From Candidatus Heimdallarchaeota archaeon (lineage in GTDB: Archaea > Asgardarchaeota > Heimdallarchaeia > JABLTI01): a stretch of DNA of 59,792 nt. The stretch covers positions 1-59,792 of the forward strand of contig JABCTZ010000039.1 of assembly GCA_018238155.1 (NCBI GenBank). Direction: 5' to 3'. Numbering within the stretch: the stretch's first letter is position 1; every line of letters starts with the position of its first letter. Shown in pieces: positions 28,472 through 38,176 of this stretch. The notes below the pieces were generated by a model that was given only the letters and a program-made list of their open reading frames with translations, made no database searches and had not been told where the DNA came from. Both the position numbers and the translations under genes were made by a program.

Positions 28472-31054
28472 CTAGATTGTTAAATCATCTTTAATATTAG
28501 CTAATTCTTGCAAAATTGATGAATAATTTTGCTCACTAAAGAATGTTCTATTTCCAAGCATGACAAGTTGATATCTTGCTCTAGTAATTGCTACATTTAA
28601 TCGATTAATTGAGTTAAGAAAACCTACACTGTTTGTTTTTACAAATGAAAGAAAGACAATATCTGCTTCTTGACCTTGAAATCTATCAACTGTACATACT
28701 TTGATTTTTACGTTATAATCTTTGAGAATGAATTCTCTTGAACCAATCTTAAAACCAAAGTGATTCAATAATAAGCTATGAAGAAGATCCTCCTGGTATC
28801 TGTAAAATGTTAAAATGGCTACTTCCCATTTTCTATTGGATTTTTTAGCATATTTCAAGAACTCATCTAATTCAATTATTAACCGATTTGCTTCATTGAT
28901 ATTAATATTCATTTTTGAAAAATTTCTATCTGTTATATTAATCCAAATTGATCTTGAAGCATATTTTGAATAATTCCAGTTGCGCTTTTCAACCATTAGG
29001 GGATTATCTTTCAATGCCATACCGTCATAGATATAATTTCTAGGAAATTCCGATATTTCAGGATGCATTCTATGTTGATATTCCAACTTTTCAAATCTGA
29101 TTTCTAAATCCTCGTCATTAAAACCATTTCTAATAACAGAATGCTTCCATGGTTCAAGATTCTTATAATCAATAAAACCCTCTTTTAACAATTCGATTAT
29201 AGATGGAAAAGCAACTTTCTTTATTGTTGTAAGATTCCTCCTTAATTTTTCTAAATCATATGATTTGAAATATTGAGGAAGCAATTTTTCAATATCATCC
29301 TCTAATTCTATTTTGATTGAATCATTTTCGGAATATCTTAATGTAAAAAGACGTACTAAACGCCATGCGAGAAGTTCTCCAAAACTTCCTCTATACCTTT
29401 TTGAAAGTTTCTCAGTCTCGAAATACTTCTCCCAATACGAATGTGCGTTTCTCATTTTTTCACTAAATCCTTCACCCAAATGAAAAGAATCCATTGGAAA
29501 AGATTTTTCATATTTTTTTACGGTTTCAGGTGAACCTATGAAAATTTGAGATCCAAGGAAAACCGGCGAAAATGGTTCTGGGTTATTATCTAAATTAATG
29601 TAGTCCAAATTTAATGAATCAAATTGCTCCATATATTTTTCTCTGTTTTTTAAATCAGCTTCTGATATTATTGTACTATAAGAATCATATTTCCAACAAC
29701 AAAAAGCTGCCCTGCATATTAATTGATCATCTAAAGGAATAATACTATCCAACGTTTTTTTAATTATTAAATCATCAACAAATGGAGATAGTTGCATATT
29801 ATCACCAACTAATATCCATCTTTTGCAGAACAGTGCTGGAACAATAAATTCTTGAAATGTCGTTTTGCTTGCTTCATCGATTATTAGTAAATCGAAAACA
29901 GCTTTTGGTGTTGTTTTTTCGGCTTCTATATCGGGATGTTTTAAAATGCCCATTACAGTACCACATACTACATTGGCATTATCTAAAATTAATCGTTCAA
30001 TTTCTGATTCGCCTATATCAGATTGAAGAACGTTAAGATAATAGTCCTGACCCACACTTTTTGACTTTCCTAATTTAATTAACTCATTGCAAATTCTTTC
30101 TCTTTCAGTTCTTTTTCTATTTTCAAGAAAATATTTCTTAATAGTTTCAGGAATCAATGGATTATTTTCATTCCCAATCCTTACAGCGATAACCTCTTCC
30201 CTATCAGCAATTTTTTCTAGAACATTATCAACTGCAACATGAGTTGAGGCACATAGCAGTACTCGCTTATTTTGTTTCACAGCTTGAAGAATCAATTCAC
30301 AGATAGTTAATGTTTTTCCAGATCCAGGGGGACCATGAAGAATTGCAAAATCTGATGTGCTCAAAGCTTTTTGAACAAAAATCCTTTGGCTATCTACTCC
30401 AGGAAAATCCGGATCATTAAGTAATTTCCAATCATCTATTGATTGTACTACAAAGTTAGGCCATAAAGAAAGGTCTTTCACTTGAAATAATCTAAGTAGA
30501 GGTCTATGCTCTTTTCTAGGTTTGGATTGAAGAGCATAAATTGCTTTTACTTGTTGATGAAAATCATAAGGGTTGCCTTTATAAAAAATATATTCAGAAT
30601 TAACTTTTCTATCAACTTGTAAGACGTTAAACATTGGAAAGCTTTTCAATACATAAATCCAATCATCTCGGCTATCATATTTTTGTACTTTTTCTCTTAA
30701 CACTTTTGCTTTCATAAAATCCTCAAAGGTATCCTCATCAATTTTACCTGAAGGGTCATATATTTGTATAAATTCACCATCTGATACACTAATTTCATCA
30801 AGTTCTGTTTTTTCAAAACCATATTTATTCCAAGAATCCAGTTTAATTTGTTTTAGCATGTCTATTATCAGTTCTTTAGATAAAACTCGAAATGGTAATC
30901 GTATAACTCTGTCTTGTTGGAGATATCTCGCATTATTTAAATAAAAAGTGAAATCAAGAAGAGTATAATAACAATCCTTCCTAAATCTATCCATGTTTTC
31001 TTGATCAGGTAAATCAGGTAAATCAGGAAGATTGTAATAGTATAATTCTGACAT
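28472..31054 (-). CDS. SF1B helicase of the Upf1/DNA2-NAM7 family (AAA_11/AAA_12)
   Basis: HGPPGSGKT, LCASTHVAVDN, IIDEAS, LVGDNMQL, QHRMHPEI, TVDRFQGQE, NRLNVAITRAR. Confidence 0.95.
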   Translation of the reverse strand: MSELYYYNLPDLPDLPDQENMDRFRKDCYYTLLDFTFYLNNARYLQQDRVIRLPFRVLSKELIIDMLKQIKLDSWNKYGFEKTELDEISVSDGEFIQIYDPSGKIDEDTFEDFMKAKVLREKVQKYDSRDDWIYVLKSFPMFNVLQVDRKVNSEYIFYKGNPYDFHQQVKAIYALQSKPRKEHRPLLRLFQVKDLSLWPNFVVQSIDDWKLLNDPDFPGVDSQRIFVQKALSTSDFAILHGPPGSGKTLTICELILQAVKQNKRVLLCASTHVAVDNVLEKIADREEVIAVRIGNENNPLIPETIKKYFLENRKRTERERICNELIKLGKSKSVGQDYYLNVLQSDIGESEIERLILDNANVVCGTVMGILKHPDIEAEKTTPKAVFDLLIIDEASKTTFQEFIVPALFCKRWILVGDNMQLSPFVDDLIIKKTLDSIIPLDDQLICRAAFCCWKYDSYSTIISEADLKNREKYMEQFDSLNLDYINLDNNPEPFSPVFLGSQIFIGSPETVKKYEKSFPMDSFHLGEGFSEKMRNAHSYWEKYFETEKLSKRYRGSFGELLAWRLVRLFTLRYSENDSIKIELEDDIEKLLPQYFKSYDLEKLRRNLTTIKKVAFPSIIELLKEGFIDYKNLEPWKHSVIRNGFNDEDLEIRFEKLEYQHRMHPEISEFPRNYIYDGMALKDNPLMVEKRNWNYSKYASRSIWINITDRNFSKMNININEANRLIIELDEFLKYAKKSNRKWEVAILTFYRYQEDLLHSLLLNHFGFKIGSREFILKDYNVKIKVCTVDRFQGQEADIVFLSFVKTNSVGFLNSINRLNVAITRARYQLVMLGNRTFFSEQNYSSILQELANIKDDLTI

Positions 31055-31064
31055 TGTTCTCTCC

Positions 31065-32012
31065 CTATGTACAAATATTTCTTTTTTTTCTTTTCAGTAT
31101 CTTTAATGACTTTCTCTTTATCCTAAATAAAGATTTTTTATGAGGATCACGATAATAGAAACCATTTCTTTGATTGAATTTTTCTTTTTGCCAAGTAATC
31201 TGATTAAATGCTTTCAAAACACCAACTGAGAATATTGATTCACTATATCTATGAGTGCCTGTTGTGTCATCAAAAAATCGTCCTATAGGATCAATCATAA
31301 TATATGATCCTGTAATTAAATCATTACTTTCAAAAACAGCATAAGAAATTTCCTTGTGGTTATTTTTGAATGCAGCAAATTCGATTGGTGTGATTAGTAG
31401 TTTTTCAACAGAACCATTATTTTGTCCATCTACTTTCAAAACTTGAAAAATTTTCCATCTGATTGGTTCAATTTCTCTAATTATTTCATTTAAATCTTCA
31501 AACCAATTAAGTTTGGTAATTACTGAGTTTAATTGCAATTGAATATTATAAGATTTGATCAATTTAGCTGTTTCTTTAATTGAATCAACATAATAACCCC
31601 AACCTCTGCCCAATTTTTTCTCAGTTTCATTTGAAGGGCTGTCAAGACTTAATGTAATATAATCAATATGTTTTCCATAATTAGCTAAAAACTCGGCATC
31701 AATATTTGTCCCATTAGAAACAATTTTAGTAACTAATCCCACTGATTTTGAGCGTTCCAATAATTCACCAATATATGGACAAAGCATTGGTTCTCCTCCA
31801 ACTAAAGTTAGTTTCTCGGTTCCCACATCTTTTAGCATTGCAGGAACTTTCAAAGCCAATTCTTTTGATATTATCTTTTTAACATCATTAAATGTAGCAA
31901 AACAAAACTTACATTTCATATTGCACCATGGCCAGAAATGCCAATTAACGCTTATTGGTTTATTTTGTAATGATTTTTGTTTTGGCATAAAGAATACTAT
32001 GTTAAAGAACAT
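31065..32012 (-). CDS. rsad2: Viperin (RSAD2-like radical SAM antiviral enzyme); start likely 31988
   Basis: SVNWHFWPWCNMKCKFCFATF, GGEP, IVSNG, LSLDS, LGRG, RWKIFQVL, ESNDLITGSYIMIDPIGRF, RNGFY viperin motifs. Confidence 0.92.
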   Translation of the reverse strand: MFFNIVFFMPKQKSLQNKPISVNWHFWPWCNMKCKFCFATFNDVKKIISKELALKVPAMLKDVGTEKLTLVGGEPMLCPYIGELLERSKSVGLVTKIVSNGTNIDAEFLANYGKHIDYITLSLDSPSNETEKKLGRGWGYYVDSIKETAKLIKSYNIQLQLNSVITKLNWFEDLNEIIREIEPIRWKIFQVLKVDGQNNGSVEKLLITPIEFAAFKNNHKEISYAVFESNDLITGSYIMIDPIGRFFDDTTGTHRYSESIFSVGVLKAFNQITWQKEKFNQRNGFYYRDPHKKSLFRIKRKSLKILKRKKRNICT

Positions 32013-32103
32013 ATTAAAACATAGTCTTTTATAGTAAAGGTTTGATTTGTATTATAAAACACAATCATTAATAATATAAACTCGATAATTATAGTGAATT
32101 ACT

Positions 32104-32760
32104 ATGGAAGTACATATAGCTACAGTAGGTTTAACAATTGAACCAATTTTCCACGGCGTAAATGCTTATACAATTGATAAATTAATTCTACTACACAGCA
32201 ATGATGACAAATCACATGAAATTTCAGTAGAAATTTCTAAGGTAATTCAAAAAATGAATATTGATTATGAAATTATTGAAATTGATGCATTTGATCTAGA
32301 AAACGTAATTATTTCCATAATGGATGTTCACAAGAAGCACAATAGGGATAATGTTTCTATTAATCTCACAGGTGGCACTAAGGTTATGGCTTCTGCGGCG
32401 TTATTAGCAGGTTACATTTTAGGATTAAGAGTTTATTATATACAAGATGGATCTAATGAAAGAAACAAAGGAAAACCAAAGAAAGAACTAGTGATTGAAT
32501 TACCAGTTCCAAAAACTAACATTCATGATTTAGAAGATACACAGAGAAAAATTATTTCTTATATTTATCAAGAAAATGGAATGTTGGAAAGAGCAAATTC
32601 TGCCTTACATGAAGAATTGAAGATAACCAAACAAAATGCTAGTTATCATTTAAAACAACTAGCTTCAAAAGAATTAATCACACTAAAAATAGATGGCAGA
32701 AACAAGATAGCAACATTAACAAATACTGGAAAACTTTTTGCTAGAATCGTTTCAAAATAA
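32104..32760 (+). CDS. CARF-wHTH transcriptional regulator (Csa3/DUF6293-like)
   Basis: HIATVG...INLTGGTKVM CARF motifs; C-terminal wHTH ITKQNASYHLKQLASKELI...LTNTG. Confidence 0.88.
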   Translation: MEVHIATVGLTIEPIFHGVNAYTIDKLILLHSNDDKSHEISVEISKVIQKMNIDYEIIEIDAFDLENVIISIMDVHKKHNRDNVSINLTGGTKVMASAALLAGYILGLRVYYIQDGSNERNKGKPKKELVIELPVPKTNIHDLEDTQRKIISYIYQENGMLERANSALHEELKITKQNASYHLKQLASKELITLKIDGRNKIATLTNTGKLFARIVSK

Positions 32761-32841
32761 CCAACATTTCAACTTTCTATCAAGCAAGCTTTTTATTTTG
32801 CAAATTCAATACTTGATTGGAATAGAGGTTAGGTTGTTTTA

Positions 32842-33354
32842 ATGTCAAGTAATAAATTGTGTTATATGATTTTTTGTGGAACAAGCCCTTATTCAATTAT
32901 TAATTCATTATGGGCATCTATTGATATAAAAGGAATAATACCAACAAAGATCGTTCTTTTAGTATCTGAAAAGCAAAGCAGTTTTGAAAAAATAGAGAAA
33001 TCTGTTTCAACTCTAATCGAGAATATATTGGAGAAAGAATGCTCTGTAGAAACTTTAATTATTTCAGAATTTGAAATAAAGAAGAATATTGCACTGCTTA
33101 TGAAATATATTGATAGTTTAGGTGAACAGAAAAAACATTTGATTTTAGATATAACACCCGGTAGAAAAACAATGAGTATTTCAGGTGTATTATTCGCAAA
33201 TAATGCTTTGAAACAAAAAATAATCACCAGTGAAGATTTGCATCAAATTATTTACTGGCATCTAATTGACAGTGATAAACATTATAGTAAATGGTATCCT
33301 GAAATTCCAAGAGAGAATTTTAACTATGTAGACTTAATGGAAGTTATAAAATGA
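32842..33354 (+). CDS. Standalone CARF-domain protein
   Basis: CGTSPYSIINSLWA and ILDITPGRKTMS CARF motifs; overlaps the next gene by 4 nt. Confidence 0.8.
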   Translation: MSSNKLCYMIFCGTSPYSIINSLWASIDIKGIIPTKIVLLVSEKQSSFEKIEKSVSTLIENILEKECSVETLIISEFEIKKNIALLMKYIDSLGEQKKHLILDITPGRKTMSISGVLFANNALKQKIITSEDLHQIIYWHLIDSDKHYSKWYPEIPRENFNYVDLMEVIK

Positions 33355-34448
33355 TTATCTCTTGCTCTGAAATCGAAATAATTCTAAATGAATTATTAGC
33401 ACAAAATAATAAAGAAATCACATTAGCTCCTTTCTTTCCAGAAGAAAAAATGTTCAATTATGATTTAGAGAATAAAAAATTACTTCTTAAAACAAATCCG
33501 CAGAATTGGAGGGTGTTCATTGATTTCTTAACAAGAGAATATTCTCTTTCAAGAGCAACAAAAAAGGAATTGCCAGAATTTGACGATATAATAAAAGCAG
33601 TTATTTCTGCAGGATTACTAATGCCCAAGGGAATTGATGATTTAATCAAAGAAATAAAAAATTACTTGACACCAGTACAGAGAATGAATAGAAGAAAACG
33701 ATTCTTAATAGCACTAGATACCAACCAACTGATTGATAATTTAATGAGTAGCTATGTAGAAAGAGAATTCTCAACAAAAGAGAAACAGCAAATGAGAAAT
33801 TTTATTAGCTATATTATATCCAGTTGGGTACTTTCTGAAAGAGATGGATTTATGAGAAATGAAGAAAATAAAGGCATAAAGGAATTAAATAGAAAATTAG
33901 AGGAATGGGATTTTTATCTTCCAGAAAAAATAGATAGAAAAGCAAGATTAGGATATTCGATTTATTCAGAATTGAAATCATTAGAAGAATCCTATACTCA
34001 ACTAGAGAGTAAAAAATTATCAGAAGAAAAATATGAAATAATGAGAAATAAAAATCTAAAAGACCAAGCAATAGTTGAGGAATACGAAGATTACATAAAA
34101 TCGTTGAAAGACGTAAAATTTGTTTATGTAACAGCCGATGACCAATCTTATGCACTTGCTAAGGATCGTTTTGAAAGTGTTAAAGTAAAAGTGGAGAATA
34201 GAATACCCAAAGAATTAGACTGTAATTTCGAAAGTGGTGCAAAACTAATCTATCAATTAGCTTTATTTTTAGGATTTCTAAGAATCGATAGCTATGATAT
34301 TAAATTCAATATCTATTATAAAGGAAAAGAACATGATCATTGGGAGAATAAAAAACTAAAATTTCTGTGTTCAGATAAGAAATTTGATAAAAGAATCACT
34401 AAAGTTATCTCAACTATTCGGGAATTAAAAGAGTGCTTAAAAAATTAA
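33351..34448 (+). CDS. PIN-domain ribonuclease
   Basis: FLIALDTNQL...E...KDQAIVEEY...YVTADDQSYALA acidic tetrad. Confidence 0.8.
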   Translation: MIISCSEIEIILNELLAQNNKEITLAPFFPEEKMFNYDLENKKLLLKTNPQNWRVFIDFLTREYSLSRATKKELPEFDDIIKAVISAGLLMPKGIDDLIKEIKNYLTPVQRMNRRKRFLIALDTNQLIDNLMSSYVEREFSTKEKQQMRNFISYIISSWVLSERDGFMRNEENKGIKELNRKLEEWDFYLPEKIDRKARLGYSIYSELKSLEESYTQLESKKLSEEKYEIMRNKNLKDQAIVEEYEDYIKSLKDVKFVYVTADDQSYALAKDRFESVKVKVENRIPKELDCNFESGAKLIYQLALFLGFLRIDSYDIKFNIYYKGKEHDHWENKKLKFLCSDKKFDKRITKVISTIRELKECLKN

Positions 34449-34459
34449 AAAATTTAAAT

Positions 34460-36040
34460 CTATTTGCGACCTCTCATATTCGGAAAGAAATCTTCGTATT
34501 CCTTTTTTGATTTTTTTAATTTCTCAACTACCTCAAAAGCTGCTTTATTTGCACCCCCAGAACCATAGTAACTAAATAATTCCTTTCGGAATTTTTCTGA
34601 AATAATTTCCCTTAAATCATCTATAAAAGCGATTTCAGATTTTTTTATTGTGTTATATTGCTTATTTTTGAAAAATAGAAATATTAATCTGAAAAATAAT
34701 CTGATACCTAGATTTGTTTTAATAATCTTTATCATTACTGGATTTTCATCTCTAATTGCTAAATCTATTAAATCATTTATTTTGTTATAAAATTCATTTA
34801 ACTCACTTCTTTCGATATTAAAGAAATTATTTTTCCCAGTTATTTGATTTTTTAATAGTGCAGTAACAAATGTTGCCAATGTAACTGGCTTATTACTTCT
34901 TGTTTCTTCTATTCCATGGAAATAGATTTTGTTTTTCAAGATTGAATCAGATTTATTAAATTCCCTGGCTATTAATACAGCTATTCTTTCATCATAATAC
35001 TCATGTTCAAGAGGATATTTAAAATCAGCTTTTAAATTATAAAGAAGGCTAGCATCTACTCTACTTTGTGTTGAATTAATCTTTATGAAAGTATATACCT
35101 CTTTGAATTTTTCAATTTCTTTATATGCAACAACTATTAGATTAAAATTCTGTAATAATTCATCATCCAATTTAGCAAACCCATACAATCTATGTTGTCC
35201 ATCAACTAATTTCATACTACAATAACTTGAAGGTAATGTAAGGATGCCTGCTTCTGGTATATTGCGTTCTTCCAGAAGCTTTTTGAAAATTAAATCACCT
35301 TTTGTAGATACTATTATTGAGTTTGGAAAGGTAATAGATTCATCTGATTTGATAGCTTTTTTAATTGAAATTATTTTTTTATTACTTAAAATTCTTTGAA
35401 AACCTGTTATATCCTTTCGTCTACTTACATAACAAGTTTCAAGAAGCTTTTTTACTGTTAACGAGAACAAAAATACCTCTTCATTCCCTAAAAAAGTTCT
35501 AATTGCAGGTACACCATCACTGGACCAATTTTTTGGAATTTTCAATGTATGTAATAGATCTGATTTAGCATGTTTACCAATCATTTTAATTTGTCTTTCA
35601 AGATATCTATAATCAATTAAATTGAGGTAATGATTATTTTTATCTCTAAAAATATGTTCAACAGAAGGAAGTTCATCATGAGATTTTGTATGTTTTAAAT
35701 CAAAAAAAATTCGGACTATTTTTGTACCTCTAGATAATTTAAAGTTTTTTTTGATTAATTCTATATTCTTCTGATTACTCCAAAGGTTAAAAAAACGTTC
35801 CATTTTTTCTGTTAAACCATCTTTCTTTGCAGTAGTTTCAACTAAAATAACATATTTATTATCATCTATAGACCAAATCCCATCAATTTCACCTATAATG
35901 CCTTGTTTTGTAGAAAACTCAACACTTGATCCTAAATATTCAAAATAGGTATCAAAGAAAAGCTTGTTTACCTTATATTCATCTTCGTTTTTTGCATTAT
36001 TTTTAATTAAATTAAGAACCTCATCTCTTGTTTCTGACAT
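34460..36040 (-). CDS. DGQHR (DndB-like) domain protein with N-terminal nuclease-like domain
   Basis: GFQRIL, FPNSIIV, LVDGQHRLYG, FIKINSTQ; N-terminal GEIDGIW...LVETT. Confidence 0.88.
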   Translation of the reverse strand: MSETRDEVLNLIKNNAKNEDEYKVNKLFFDTYFEYLGSSVEFSTKQGIIGEIDGIWSIDDNKYVILVETTAKKDGLTEKMERFFNLWSNQKNIELIKKNFKLSRGTKIVRIFFDLKHTKSHDELPSVEHIFRDKNNHYLNLIDYRYLERQIKMIGKHAKSDLLHTLKIPKNWSSDGVPAIRTFLGNEEVFLFSLTVKKLLETCYVSRRKDITGFQRILSNKKIISIKKAIKSDESITFPNSIIVSTKGDLIFKKLLEERNIPEAGILTLPSSYCSMKLVDGQHRLYGFAKLDDELLQNFNLIVVAYKEIEKFKEVYTFIKINSTQSRVDASLLYNLKADFKYPLEHEYYDERIAVLIAREFNKSDSILKNKIYFHGIEETRSNKPVTLATFVTALLKNQITGKNNFFNIERSELNEFYNKINDLIDLAIRDENPVMIKIIKTNLGIRLFFRLIFLFFKNKQYNTIKKSEIAFIDDLREIISEKFRKELFSYYGSGGANKAAFEVVEKLKKSKKEYEDFFPNMRGRK

Positions 36041-36178
36041 TTCCTTTTCACTCTTCTAAAATTAATAGAATTTTCACATAATAAATATTTTGATTTCAAA
36101 ATATATCGGAAATTAATAAATTATAGATATAATATTGTTAAAAAAACAATTCCTTAAAAATTAAGGAGATAAGTGGTT

Positions 36179-37156
36179 TTACCACCACTTCTTACTGTCG
36201 CTATTCCTTCGAGGAGTTTCACGTTCATCAGGTTTACGAAAAACGTAAAGGTGCTCAAACATAAGAAGGAGGAAATTACTTTTAATGGATTGCTTCCGCC
36301 ACAAACGTTCCGTTCGAGTATTATGTTGAACTTTGATAACATTTTCTTTTAAAGCAAAACCAATATCAAGAAATGATTGCATAACACGAAAGCTAATAGG
36401 AACTTGATGTTTCTTTCTCCTAGTATCTCCTATAAGAATAGCACAATATTTTCCTGGTTTTAGAACACGGTAAAATTCCTTAGCTACTTTTGTTATCTCT
36501 TCAATAAATTCATCAATAGAATTGACTTTGGAAAGATCTCCTTGTTCTTTAGAATTTTTGGAATAACTAATAATATTGGCATAGGGAGGGTGAGTAACAA
36601 TTAAATCAATACTCTCATTAGAAAAAAAATTAAGATTTCGAGCGTCACCTTGAAAGACCATTTGCTCTGGAAAATCATCATGTAATATTTCAAAATTTAA
36701 TCTATCATTAGTTATCATTAGGGCGTCTTGATTGATATCAATACCAATACCTTTTCTTCGAAGCAATTTACATTCAATCAATGTAGTTCCTGAACCAACA
36801 AAAGCATCAAGAACAATATCTCCTTCTTCTGAATAACGTAGAATAAGATTCCTTGGTACTTGTGGAGCCCAATTTCCCCGGTATTTTGCATTAAGATAAT
36901 GTGTTGCCCAGTTCCCTCTTTTTGGAAAACTCCAAACATTGCTTCCCTCAAGTTTGAATTTGTCAGGATGTAGTTTTTTAATATGTTTTTTCTTTTTTAT
37001 TTTCAAACGTATATCATCTATTTCAATTTCAGAATTTTTGTATTTATTAAAATCCTCAATGGTTACAATTCTCATATTAGTTTGTTTAGAAAGAATATTA
37101 AAAGCCCAACAAATAAAATCCTTATATTTAATATAATTTTTAAAACCCACCTTCAT
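36179..37156 (-). CDS. Amino (N4-C/N6-A) DNA methyltransferase
   Basis: VLDAFVGSGTT SAM-binding motif and THPPY catalytic motif. Confidence 0.9.
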   Translation of the reverse strand: MKVGFKNYIKYKDFICWAFNILSKQTNMRIVTIEDFNKYKNSEIEIDDIRLKIKKKKHIKKLHPDKFKLEGSNVWSFPKRGNWATHYLNAKYRGNWAPQVPRNLILRYSEEGDIVLDAFVGSGTTLIECKLLRRKGIGIDINQDALMITNDRLNFEILHDDFPEQMVFQGDARNLNFFSNESIDLIVTHPPYANIISYSKNSKEQGDLSKVNSIDEFIEEITKVAKEFYRVLKPGKYCAILIGDTRRKKHQVPISFRVMQSFLDIGFALKENVIKVQHNTRTERLWRKQSIKSNFLLLMFEHLYVFRKPDERETPRRNSDSKKWW

Positions 37157-37535
37157 TTAACCAGATTTGTAATCCATCTAAGTTAAATAATACATCTAAA
37201 TTATCCCCAATACTATTCTTCAAAAAATCCTTAGCTGTATCTGATTGACCATCACCAGCTAGCATTATTATAGCACTATATTTGGAATTTATCTTTAATG
37301 TATCCCTTAAATGATATAATTTCTTTTCTGTTGAACCTGAACTTTGTTGCCATCTTGGTTCAATAATTAAACATTCTGGATATTTTATTGGGTGATATAA
37401 AATGAAAGTACATCTAAAATCTCCACCCATTGCTTCTTTGCCAATCAACACTCTCTTTGCATAGATTGGTTGCTCTAAATATCTCGCTGCAAAGAATTCA
37501 GTATTTTTACATATAGAATAGTTTTTCTTTTTCAA
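37140..37535 (-). CDS. Small PD-(D/E)XK-like protein, catalytically degenerate (paralogue of 42322-42792)
   Basis: RCTFILYHP...IIEPRWQQSSGSTEKK; overlaps vsr and the MTase gene. Confidence 0.65.
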   Translation of the reverse strand: MKKKNYSICKNTEFFAARYLEQPIYAKRVLIGKEAMGGDFRCTFILYHPIKYPECLIIEPRWQQSSGSTEKKLYHLRDTLKINSKYSAIIMLAGDGQSDTAKDFLKNSIGDNLDVLFNLDGLQIWLNEGGF

Positions 37536-38001
37536 ATTGTTTCTTTATCTTTTTAGCACACTTACCTATTTCCTCTTTTATTTGATGTTCCCAAAAAACC
37601 AGAACCTTCCAACCTTCTTTTACTAATTCCTTTTTCTTTTTCTTATCTCTCTCTTTGTTTTTATCGAATTTATTCTTCCAGAATTCGGTATTTGTTTTTG
37701 GCAAATTAGGATTACATTTCGGACAATGATGCCAAAAACATCCATGAACAAATATTGCTAATTTGATTTCAAGATAAACAATGTCGGGTTTACCTGGAAT
37801 ATCTTTTGCATGAGTGACAAAATCAGGTAATCCTATTTCAATTAATGCTTCCCTTAACAATAATTCTGGCTTAGTATCTTTTCCTTTATTTGCACTCATT
37901 ACTCTCGAAGTATTTTCAGATTCAGGAATGGGTAATCGACCATCTCTTATGTATTCCATGATTCCATAAACTCTAAATAATATATTTAGGTGTTGCATCA
38001 A
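37507..38001 (-). CDS. vsr: Very short patch repair endonuclease
   Basis: MSANKGKDTKPE, PGKPDIV, IFVHGCFWH, FWKNKFDKNKERD, GWKVLVFWE. Confidence 0.95.
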   Translation of the reverse strand: MMQHLNILFRVYGIMEYIRDGRLPIPESENTSRVMSANKGKDTKPELLLREALIEIGLPDFVTHAKDIPGKPDIVYLEIKLAIFVHGCFWHHCPKCNPNLPKTNTEFWKNKFDKNKERDKKKKKELVKEGWKVLVFWEHQIKEEIGKCAKKIKKQFEKEKLFYM

Positions 38002-38176
38002 CTACTGTATTTTTGTCTTTAAATTAACTTCTAATTAGTTAAATACAAATTTTTAAAACGAATAAAAATAATATATTTGTAATTATTTAATTTGAAATGT
38101 TAGGTAGGGATTCAAAATTACAGATGATTTAACGGATGATCAGAAATTTTTCATAAATGCAATTAGAATTAATGCC

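Noticed and set aside
31004-31030. 9-bp repeat encoding LPDLPDLPD at the helicase N-terminus
   Set aside because: An in-frame micro-duplication with no evident functional consequence
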